From Oculina patagonica (taxonomy: Eukaryota): DNA of 64,000 bases. Where the stretch lies: positions 32,736,001 through 32,800,000 of the forward strand of contig NC_135763.1 in NCBI RefSeq assembly GCF_052425735.1. Reading direction: 5' to 3'. The notes beneath the pieces are model-generated. The model was given only the letters and a program-made list of their open reading frames with translations, was not told where the DNA came from and searched no databases. The position numbers and the translations under genes were made by a program. Positions 14,573-25,400 of the stretch are shown here, in pieces. Each line of letters starts with the position of its first letter. Within the stretch, counting starts at the first letter, position 1.

Positions 14573-14933
14573 TAGTACTGCACTGGACTGGACTAATAAA
14601 ACGAGGACTTGTAAAACGAGGACTAAAAAAACGGACTTATAAGGCGCGGACTAGTAAACGCTCTGAAAACGCGGACTTAAAAATTCGCGTAAATTTAATA
14701 CACGTTATTATCTGCAAAACCGGTCTGGTCAAAATGAGTTGAAAAACGTGCTACACAGGAACTATTTATTATCATTCTACCCCGATCACACACCTTGATG
14801 AACATGCTAAAGTCCGCATTTTACAAGTCCTCATTTTACTAATCCTCGTTTTACAAGTCCTCGTTTTACTAGTCCTGATTTACAAGTCCTCGCTTTACTA
14901 GTCCTCGTTTAACCCGTCCAGTCTAGTCCAGTC
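14573..14933. mobile_element. Foldback-type MITE with modular subterminal repeats
   Basis: Left arm is repeats of GGACT..TAAAACGA; right arm is the inverse repeats TTTTAC(A/T)AGTCCTCG. The right end appears to resume at ~15307-15319 (AGTCGTCCAGTGC) after the next element. Confidence 0.65.
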
Positions 14934-14934
14934 G

Positions 14935-15300
14935 GCATGTACTAAAACCCGAAACACCGAAACGAAACGACCGAAACGAAACGACCGAAACCACCGAAAC
15001 AAAACCGCCGAAACGAAACGAAATTACCGAAACAAGCAAAACTAATTACAATTATTGAGAGCTAACCGTAAACAGGCTAACCGGAGTGCATAGTAGGCTA
15101 ACCTAAGTGAAAGTAGGCTAACCGGAGTGTGTAGTAGGCTAACAGGAGCGTATAGTAGGCTAACAGGAGTGTATAGTAGGCTAAACGGAGTCTATAGTAC
15201 GGTAAGTGGCGAAAATATTGAAGTTTTGCTTGTTTTGGTAATTTTGTTTCGTTTCGCTCGTTTCGGCGGTTTCGTTTCGTTGTTTCGGGTTTTAACATGC
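14935..15300. mobile_element. Foldback MITE with (CGAAA)n arms and an internal 20-bp tandem array
   Basis: GCATGTACTAAAACCCGAAAC... is inverse to ...GTTTCGGGTTTTAACATGC. The centre holds ~6 copies of AGGCTAAC(C/A)GGAGTG..TAGT. Confidence 0.75.
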
Positions 15301-18300
15301 ACTTTCAGTCGTCCAGTGCTCTATAAATTTGTTTTTCCGCGGCAGCCAATCAGAGTTCGCCGTGTTCGGTTTGGTTTGCATTTGGATCATTTTGCGCCTC
15401 GGCAGATTGCAAGGGAGAGACATCGCGAGGTACAGTGTATTGGATACTGGATTATAAACATACATAGCCAAAACAGAGGTATGACATTTACGATGTAACT
15501 TTTTGAAAAACATTTTAGAGAAGCTTTTTTGTTGTTTATACTGGGAACTGAGGAGTGCTTCTCAAGTTTAACCTACATCGTGTATCTGACTGGTTGAAGC
15601 AAAGCATTTTGTCAAAACAAGTGTTTCTTTGAGCTAGGAGGCTTAGTTTATTATAATTTTCAAGTGTTTCACGAATTGTTGGAATATTGCAGTATGTCTA
15701 GCGTTGTTTACATATTTTATACTAGCTATACAACATGTACAAGTAAGCTCGGTGCCAAGATGTCTGCTGCTCGCTGTCGACTCAACCGAATGGCCGCACG
15801 TATCGAATACGAAAGTGAAAGGAAAAAACCAAAACGAAACAAAACAAAGCAAAAATAAAACATTTAAACTGAATATAAGAATTGCTTCTCGTAATTTATA
15901 ACGAGTTGACGTGGCAGATTCTAGAATGCTTATATCTGAGTATCAGGCATTTTTGTCATTTTAGTTCACGGTCGATTTGAATTCTACCTCGTTTGCTTTT
16001 TTCACGCGTACGTGCAAGCATTTGTATATGTGTTTAGTGCTGAATGAAAGAGTTTTATCGTTTCACAGTTGCGGTAAGAGCTATGTTGGTTTGAAAATAT
16101 CACTACATGTAGCTGTGTACTTACATCGAGATATTTGTCTTCATTCTGACGTCGTGGTCAACTGGTGCGCTCGTGCAGCTATATAGCCCTATTTCGCCGT
16201 TGATTTTCGGCGTGAACAGAACGTGGTAAATGCTTCATGGACTAACTGAAATTTCGAATTAATTGCAGTAAACCTTTTGTGCGGATCTCTTCTATCTATG
16301 CTCCTGGTGGTTCAATTTTTTAAGTTACATTGCATTGCAGTCGAGGTTCCTGTATTGTAAGAATAAAATGTCACTCCAGTGTTCTCCTTAACTTGAATTG
16401 TGCACTGAATTCTTCAGCCAAGATGGTGATGTCCTTTCCCAGTTCTTCAGCCCACTAACTTGGCCATAAGTTAGTGGGCTAGAGGCCTTCGCTTGCAAAC
16501 AAGCACTCTCTTTATAGGAATATTTCAACTGCGTCATTGTCGCCTTGAGGAAAAAAAATTGTTGTAACCTCATGTGCATGTGATTGGTTCAATAATATCA
16601 CATGAGAATTGAGGAAACCAATAGCAATGAAGTGTTTTGAATGTGCGCAAGGACCCGCAGATGCCTTTGTCGTGCTTGTATGATAAGTTCAAAGATGTGA
16701 CTTGCTACTTATAAATTATTCTATTTTGGGTGTGCAATTAGCCAATAAATCGTCCTTGTGTGAGTTCGAATAGAAATGTCTTGACAGAGAACCTCTTAAT
16801 ATTAAATAGATAATTACTGACGCTCACAGCATTATTGGGTATATTGCAGGCAGCTTCGGCCTGCGCCTGTGAGGCGAAGTAATTTTCTATTATAATTATT
16901 GACTCTCCTAAAACCCTATTTTTTCTCTGTAAACTACATGGTCGATTTCAGTCGCTTCCACACTGATGTTTTGATTCATGGCTGCAATATTCGATATATT
17001 GCAGAGAGAAAACAATAGGATTTTTGTGGGTCAAGAATTATTGATGTCAGTCGACTGTTCACAGATTTCAATATTATATATTTAAATACTCGAGGTTGTT
17101 TACAAGTGTTGATTGTTGATTAAGGTTAATAAACTGCTGTAGCGAATTTTAAAAAGCTGATAGCCGTGTCTGAAGCATTAGCCCTTCATGACTTTGCTCT
17201 GACAAAGGCGCAGCTAATGCTTGAAACATCAGGTTTTCAAAATTTGCTATGGCAGTTTGTTTACCTTCATCAACTTCTAGTTGATAATTGACTTGGTGTT
17301 TCACTTAATTGCCTGTTGATGCGGTACAACAGTTCTTTTAGAAATTAATAACTTAGTTCATATTAGCTGTAGTTTGTGACCGCACGTGATCGGCCTACCA
17401 TGCTGCAAACCCATTCTCTCTCCAGACAAAGTGGGCAGTAGTTGATACTCGTACATGTATGCCTTTCATTGTTTGTCAACATAATGAAATATATTTGCAG
17501 TGACTTTTACTGAATCCCCACAGGGAAGTTAAATTCATCTTTTGCGCAAATTTTCAGTTGTGCAAAATAGTATACCAGTCTTCAACAATGAAAAACAAGA
17601 TCGAAGTATATTCAGCAAATGTAAAGAGCAGACAAAACTAGTATCACTGCAAAATGTGGTTACAGTTAAATTTAGTACATGTATGTATGGTGTGTAGTTT
17701 TAAGTGATTTGATTTTGCTTTGTCTTGTTTAGTTGTTTGATTATCATCACAATGGGTCCACCTCTGTTCTCATGTATGGCATGGGACCAGATTAGAACAT
17801 TCTAAAAATAATTATAATAATAATATTATTTTCTTATTGGATATTTTGTTGATAAGGTCAGGTAGTTGTAAAGAAGTCTAAACACACACAATTGATTTTT
17901 TATTCATTTTTTATAATTCTTGATTCTCCCTACTTTGTTCATTGAGCTAGAAAACATTCCCCTTGATGTTAAATTTAGTTTATGAAACTGCTGTGTAAAT
18001 AAAGCAATGTGTTGGGCTTTCTGCCAATGTCAATCTGTTTTCTGCTGTGGCGTGGCATGGCGTGGCGCCAGGAAAAGGAGCTTTTTTGTTCTCATTGTTA
18101 TCTTTTGACAACTGGGTCAGACAAATGGGATAAAAGATAAACAGAATTAAAGGTCACAATGAAATGAAATTAAGATTCCTGTGGTCACAGATCATTGTTA
18201 CGGTAATTTAAAATGTTGTGCATAACATACTGACATGCTAAAAGGCTGTTTCTAGGGTTTGCAAATGTGAAGTTTTTCACATTACATGACTTTTGTGCAT

Positions 18301-19490
18301 TGCAGAGATTTGAACACTAGATTATACCTTTTGTAAGTTACCAGATCTGTAAATGGATGTGTTATTAGTTTTGTTTGGGAAGCAGGCAGCAGTCTTGTAA
18401 AATGTAGTTAATTTGTGAGATCCCTTGTTGTTCATGCTTTATCTCACAAGGAAAGAAAAAAATGCACCTTGTTACCTTTGTCAATTATCTTAGAATTTTC
18501 AAAGTCAATAACATATATGTTCACAAGTCCATGCATGTTTGGAAATACTGGAGTCTAAGCACACTTTTTTATATCAGGCATAACCAATGGGAATTTGATA
18601 AATCACATTACAGTGTACATTGATCATCATCCAGAGTTTAAAACTTTGGAACAGGAAACTCTTGAAAGCAATGAGCGATTGAACAATGTACTTTATTCAG
18701 AATATAAACTGTGTAAAAATACAAATATATAAACTAGCAAAGGTTCAGGGTTGTCAAAATGATTTGAAGTAGCAGGAGTAGACGGCACCACGGAGGCAGG
18801 AGACCCCCCCAGCATGCAGGGGGGGCAGGGGTCTGGGGGCCACACAGCCCCCCTGTGGGTACAGGGGCAGTGCCACTATGGGGGTCCAGGGGGCAAAGCT
18901 ACACTAGCTGAAATTGCCTTTCGTCAGAGCAATTCTTACAATTATATATCTCGCTTTCTAATGGAAAATTTAGTACTATGACTTATTATAGGGTTTGTCA
19001 AGGCTCATTTTCGCTAGCCCGCTCTTTTTTTCTCACTTTCCAAGATTTGCCTTGTGTACTGCTACACGTACTGTTACACTGCAAAACTGACTTTAATCTG
19101 AATGAATGAAATTCAAAGCCCATAACAACGGGTAATCACCCATCCAAATATTAACTCCGTCCAGCAGAGCTTTAACAAAGCAAATGCTTTGATTGTGGTA
19201 CAGTGTATATGGAATTACTCTAGTCTTTTAAGGCCCAGTAATATGGGCAACATTTTTGCCCTCAATTGCCCTTGCTACTGGTATTATCATGCATCATATT
19301 CTAAAACCTAGGTGTCCTCAAATTTCCTGAACCTTTATCATTTTGGAAATGAAACACTATTTCTTTTTGAAATAGCTCCTTCTTGCATCTAAAACATATT
19401 TTCTTTCTTTTTGCAGGTATTTTGGCTCAACTGGTTGTAATTTACTGCACTTGATTGAAGAATCTTGGAGAAGACACTTTGTGCACAATA

Positions 19491-20381
19491 ATGGCACCGT
19501 ACTCTGCTGAACAACTTAACTATTTCAAGTTTGCTTTTATGGTGCTAAATATGTTCCCAAATGCCCTGCGGCGAGTCTTTGTCTTCATGTGGGATAACCT
19601 GTTTGCCCATACACCTGGTTGTCAAAAATGGGATGACTCTGCAGTGTTAAGAAGCATGTTACTTGCAAAGGAGGGTGGTAAGACTAAACACATACCAACT
19701 GATAAATCTTACATGAAATGGGACTTTGCTGCTCTGTTTCAAGCGACTCTCTTTTCGAAAACCTTCGCTTTGTCAGATGGGCATGGAAAGCTTCATACAC
19801 TATACCAGTTATATGTTAAGCCTCCTCCAAGTGGGGAATTTCATGACTCTGTTCAGAGTCCCACTGGCAACACAGCTGAGACAACTGCCTTAGCATTGGA
19901 TCAGCTTCGCTTGTTACGAAATGCACTTTGCCAGATGAGTACCCAAAAGATTGACAAGACGACCTTTGATTTTTATATGAAGTTGGCAAAAGATGCCTTA
20001 ACTGCACTTGGACAAAACAGTATTATGAATGGGGATACTGGAAAGCTGACTGCAGAAGCCTTCCCTACTGCTAAGATTCAACAGTTGGAGTTTGACTTAG
20101 AGAGAGAAAAAAGTGTTGTCTTAGAGTTAAAGCAGAACGTCAGTCACCTTAATAATAAAAGCAAATCTCAAGTTGAAAATCAAGTTTCTAGTAATAAATC
20201 TTGGTGTTCCCATATGGCCTTCTCATTTCTAAATGATCTAATGTGCATACCATCAGAGGACCAAAGTGATGAAAGACAAAAGTATCTAAATGCATTCTTT
20301 AGCCATTTACAGCAGCAAAAAATGGATACTTTGGAGAATTTATATGATGCAAGCAAAAAGCCGCGTATGTATCTTATGTAA
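19491..20381 (+). CDS. Gene A 5' ORF: DZIP3-like HEPN domain plus short coiled coil (296 aa), ended by a frameshift-derived stop
   Basis: Acceptor TTTCTTTTTGCAG at 19416, ATG at 19491. MAPYSAEQLNYFKF...WDFAALFQATLF...LALDQLRLLRNALCQ...FYMKLAKDALTALG resembles the HEPN_DZIP3-type N-terminal domain common in cnidarian NLR/TPR proteins (recognised by eye). The last ~60 codons are already homologous to gene B. Confidence 0.7.
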   Translation: MAPYSAEQLNYFKFAFMVLNMFPNALRRVFVFMWDNLFAHTPGCQKWDDSAVLRSMLLAKEGGKTKHIPTDKSYMKWDFAALFQATLFSKTFALSDGHGKLHTLYQLYVKPPPSGEFHDSVQSPTGNTAETTALALDQLRLLRNALCQMSTQKIDKTTFDFYMKLAKDALTALGQNSIMNGDTGKLTAEAFPTAKIQQLEFDLEREKSVVLELKQNVSHLNNKSKSQVENQVSSNKSWCSHMAFSFLNDLMCIPSEDQSDERQKYLNAFFSHLQQQKMDTLENLYDASKKPRMYLM

Positions 20382-22437
20382 AGAGTGGATATCTGGCAGA
20401 GCTGTATTTTATATTTTGACTTCGGATCATGTGCCGAGCCCTTCAGAAGCTGACAAAAGCCTGAACTCTTATAGTGTGTATACTACACCAGAATCATACA
20501 GTAAAAGAGATGCAAATATGTTCCTGCTATCACCAAATGACCACAAAGAGATCTTTCATTTTGGTGTGGAAGACTCCAAGAGCTTTGGAAATGAAAGAGT
20601 TGAGTCACTTGCAGCTCTGCCTTGCACGAGAGTGTTCACATCCTAATTTTGCAACATAAATTGAAAAAAGTTTTTAAAGATGGTCAGGATTTTAACTTGG
20701 AACTGACATTGCCAGCATCTGGTTGTGCTATTTCTTCACTGTGCAACCAGGTTGACCAACTTCCTCTTCTTGTTGAGCAGGAGTTATCAGACTCATACAA
20801 AGAGTGCAGCAACATTAACTCTGTTGTTAATCCTTCTTTAATATCATCTTTTAAGCCTTCGATGCATGTTTCATACTTTTCATATAGATTATCAAGTCAG
20901 CGCCAGGCAGAGTTTGTCTTTGATTACTTGATTTGTAGCTTACATGTTGGTAAGACACTGGCACTAACTGGTGTGCAAGATGCAGTGATTTCCTCTGTGC
21001 AGAATGAAGCCTTTTTCATTTTTCAAGAACCTTTAGGCAGCAATTGTTCTTTATCCATTGTTGCCGAGAAGAAGTCAGTTACTGTGAAATGCCGCACTGT
21101 AAGTCAATCTGAGTCAAAATGTATTTGTTCATCAGTAAGAACTGCCCTAGAGAATACAATGGAATCTCTGCCTTTTGGTGTCAGTCTAAGCTTGAAGTCA
21201 GTTCTGCAGTTGCCTTGTGAGGAAATAGTTGCAGTGGTTGCTGTAAAGAGAGAAACATCCTGCTCTAGATTTGCACCAGAAACTTGGAAGTCGTGTGCAT
21301 GTGCATGCGGAAGAGATCCTGAAGATGTCCGAGGTGGGAAACAATCCAAGGCCATGTCACGGAAAATGAGGTACATGAACAGTTTACTTTGTAAGCAGAC
21401 CTTTTTATTTTACCTTTGGTACCTAAACCTTAGGGGAGTTGTAGCATAAATAGGGGATTCGTTGAGGATTGGAGAGGAGAGTTTGTTTTGACCGGAAAGT
21501 ATAGTAGACCCCACCCTCTGGTAAACTAAGTATTTAATTTAAAAATAATGTGATATTACAGCTATAATCTGCCCGGGGGGGGCCCGAAAAATGCATGAAT
21601 GGCGGTGCCATTTCCCGAGAAGTGATGCCATATCGGAGTGGGTGGAGGGGGGGGGGTCCAACAAGGTGACACTTTTCATTGCTTCAAGCTTGATAAAAAA
21701 AATATTCCTGAGAGGCGACAGGTCTTTTATAGATAAGGCAACCCCTTGCCTTCTAATGGGAGTTGCTGCTTTACAGCATTTGTGGGAGATGTCACCATTC
21801 ATAAGTGTTGCTGAGTTGTAGGCTCTCTTGCACAGGATGTTGTCTTCTGGAAGGTGTCCAAGGGTAGAGGTTAACAACAACAACAGCAACAATGTACATG
21901 TACATATACCATTTACAATGTACATGCAGAGATAAATATACTGTTCTCTGTTATTTAATTCATGAATTTTCTCTTGCTTTATTAGGATGAGGCAAACACC
22001 AAACATGCTGACCTTGGAGATGACCAAGTACACCCAGTGGTTGAGCCTTTGTGGTGCATTCTTGAGTACCCAGGCTTAGACAGCAGTTTCACAACATCAG
22101 ATGTGCAAGCTTCAGGCAGCAATGAACATGTTCCCTACAGACACTGCCTGTTTTGACGAAAGCAATGAGCTTAATGCCTCTTTGTTATCAGTTGACTCCG
22201 CATCATCCCTGAACTCGTACCCTCCAAGCCCATCTGATCCTGCAGATGAGATACCTGTTTTCCCCTCAAGTATGTCACCAGCTTCATTTGTTTGCAGTGA
22301 ATCGGGTTTGACCTTACAAGACAAGCAGTTATCTGTTGGAGGCAACATGCTCCAAGTTGCCATGTTATGATGTCAAGTTATGAAGAAGGTTTAAGTTCAG
22401 GTCCAGAAGAAGACTGCCTGATGCAAAAGCAAGAAAA
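20200..22437 (+). pseudogene. Gene A disrupted exons homologous to gene B's unnamed domain and Ser-rich exon
   Basis: Homology to B is split across frames. WISGRAVFYIL..NMFLLSP lies in ORF 20290; RSFILVWKTPRALEMKELS in ORF 20474; GQDFNLELTLP..HVSYFSYRLSSQ..VKCRTV in ORF 20622; SLLSVDSASSLNSYPPSPS in ORF 22101. Conserved donor AATGAG|GTAC at 21370 and acceptor at 21985. In-frame stops include TAG at 22077 and TGA at 22368. Confidence 0.75.
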
Positions 22438-25400
22438 GTGGAGCCATTAGAAGATACTGTTGAAGGGACTCCAGAAGATCACAAACATGGTGCGCAGACT
22501 GTTCATCCAGGCCACAACACTGTACCAGAACCTCAGGGAACTCCAGACCCATCTTTTCCCACAGTTTTACAGGGAAGTGAAAAAGCAACCATTTCCATTG
22601 ACAACCTAATTAAAAAGTTACAAAGTGATGTTGCATTCTATCAGGATCAATGTGATGAATTGAGGCAACAAAATAGCCAGCTGGAGGAGAAGTGGAAGCA
22701 GAGTGAAAGAGTACTCCAGGACCTACAGGCTGAAGTAGGAAGACAGCAGTTCCTTGAGTGTAGAGAGAAGCGCAGTGAGAAAATTCTGCGGTCATCCATG
22801 GAATATGTGAGCGAGCAGAACAAGTCTTCCACAGCCAGTGGTGGAACTTTTGCCTTTCCTGGAATGGAAGGAAAACTTCTTGGTGGAGAAGGTCCTCTAC
22901 AAGAGCCATGTAAGCTAAACTTACATAAAGGGCTCCTTAATAATTTGCATAATAGGACTACATAAAATTCTGATGTTAAGTGCGCCCTCCACCAAAAATA
23001 AGCATTTTATAATACCTCCCCCCCCAAAATAAAGCTCTCAAACATCAATCCTTCTTATAAGCCCATGGGCTATTAAAGTTTATTAGGTCCTAAACAGAAG
23101 CGACTACTCTTGAGGTTGTTTTGTATAATTTTTACTGGATATTTCGGGGACTTTCAATGTTCCCTGTTAACTGTAAAACTTAAAGATTTATAGAAAATTA
23201 ATGTTCCAGATGCTTATTCCTTTCCAAATGTACAAGGCCAACATTTTTTTAAACTTAAAAATTCCATTTTTACATTAGCCTGACGTAGAATACATGTGCA
23301 GTGTATATGCTCACAGAAGCCCAGGTTTAGTATCAGAATTATATACAATCATGGGTAAACAACACCTAGCAATATTCAAATGGGTATACCAGCAACATAC
23401 TGTATCTGAAACAGTACTTGTTTTTACCATTTTTACTGCAGGTTTTGCACTGCAACAAAGACTCCTGGAAATTTCAAACTCCTTATCAGAAGCTGAGCTA
23501 GGGCAGATGAAGTTCCTGGCCAAACCTAATATCAGTTGGGTTCGACTTGCCAAGATCAGGGAGGGTTTTGAGCTGTTCGAAGAATTGGAAATCAGAGGCA
23601 AATTGTCATTGACCCATGTGAAAGAGCTACTTCAAGGAATTCGACGTTTTGATCTTCTGGAGAAACTTGATGTTCCTTTAGCTGACAGTGCAGGAACTGG
23701 TAAGAAAAACTGTTTTCTCTCAAGGTGTACTAAACTGTGAAAGTGTAAATACATGAATGAACCAAGAGTAGTCAACTTTGTTTGGTATGAGATCGTTGCC
23801 AAGTTAAACTGTATATTAAGATAATAAAACTGTTGCCTGGGACGTACATGTATAGTTAACAGTACCACAACTTTCTCATAGCAAGTCGTTAAGTATACTG
23901 TAACCAGATTAATGCTCCAATGGGCATTGTTTGTCACACAATTAAGATACATTTTGTACAAGTTATAGAACATTTTTGGTGGCTACCACCCATATCCCTC
24001 TCACATTTTGACAACAAGAATAAATCTAAAATTGTAATAAGATGTCAAGCAAGCAAACTAATAATCGGTTGTACAAAAGTAAAAATTCAAAAAACGTGAA
24101 TTATATCAATGCCTAAACAACCAGTGAAAAGACAAACTTCCCCAAAAATCCCAGAGGTAAATTCCAGAGGTAAATTTATGTTGCCACATGCAGTTTACAT
24201 AAGATTGTTTACTCTACATGTCACAATTTTACGTGCGTTAGTGGGGGATTATTCATTCATAAACAAGCTGCAATGGCGGTTGTCTAAAGATAGCACCTTT
24301 AAGATTCTAATGTTTTTTTTTATTTCACTTTTGATCACTTAATTTATAGCATGGTATCGTCCAAATGATGAGAGAAAGTTGGATAGAATTCCATGTAAGA
24401 AATCACCAGGTAAAGACTCCAGTTTATCACTGCCATCAGTAGTCATCCATTCAGAAGAAGAAAAACGGGATGTATTGCCCAAAAGCCATGATGATGCAGC
24501 TAATGAACCTTCAGATGGATTACATCTGCAGGATAATGAAGAGAATGACAGGGTGTCAAGCTCTAGTGAAGCAGACTCTGGTTGCAACTTGTCCAGTGGA
24601 AACTCAGAAAACAGTGGAGGTGACATGGATGCCTTGACTATGAATGCTGATTGTGACGACTCATCCGTACAGAGTGAGTCCAGTGCTGAAGAACACACTC
24701 GCTTCCCTGCCTCATCTAATGGTGGTTTCCTGTCAAATGAAAGTTCTACCACAGCTGATAGTTCATCTGAGTTATCAGCTAGCTCTGAAATGATTGTGCA
24801 ATCCTTCAGTGATGATTCAACTTCCTCTTCATGCACCTCACAAGATGTGTGTGTTAGCGCAGTGAGGGTCATGCAAGATCTTCCTTCTGATGTGAAGAAT
24901 CGAGAAAGCTCAAGTGATAGTTCACATAACCCAAAAAGCAGCGAAGAGGAGATTTTGGATTGTTCTCCGTTTCCAAATGATACAGATGAATGTGAAAGTG
25001 AAGGCATGGTTACTGCAGAAGCATGTGGTAGAATGGAGAAAGTCTCGGAGTCTTCTGGTGACGTTTGCGATGGTCCAATGAAACCACCTCATTTGGAGGC
25101 GAGGTGTGCTGCTGGTGTAGGAAAGGATGTTGTAGACAGTGGTCCTCTTCATGGTCCTAACAGGCTGCGAAGTCGCTCAAATTCAGGCCACATGCCTGGC
25201 TTAATGAAAGATGCTCTTCCGGATGGAGACATATCTGTGGAACAAAATTGGTCTGGTGCACGCAGTGGTGTTGGAAAAGACTCCACAGTAGATCATTCGG
25301 TCTCTGATGTAAGCACACAATCAAATAAATGGGAGCGCTTAGGAGCTAGACCAAGGGACAGACCCCCTGTGAAAATGGCCCCACTAGCACCCTCACTGGT

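Noticed and set aside
16140-16885. Promoter/first exon of gene A (TGACGTC, TATATAG, donor-like GCGAA|GTAATT similar to B's GCGAA|GTAAGT)
   Set aside because: The motifs are too short to support without transcript data.
20360-20630. Programmed ribosomal frameshifting restoring gene A (three shifts return to the original frame)
   Set aside because: No slippery site with a stimulatory structure is evident, and further stops and shifts occur at 21330-22437. Decay or assembly error is simpler.
24339-25007. Antisense ORFs over genes A and B (e.g. 222 aa here, 165 aa at 43194-43691)
   Set aside because: Shadow ORFs of Ser-rich sense exons with no independent features.
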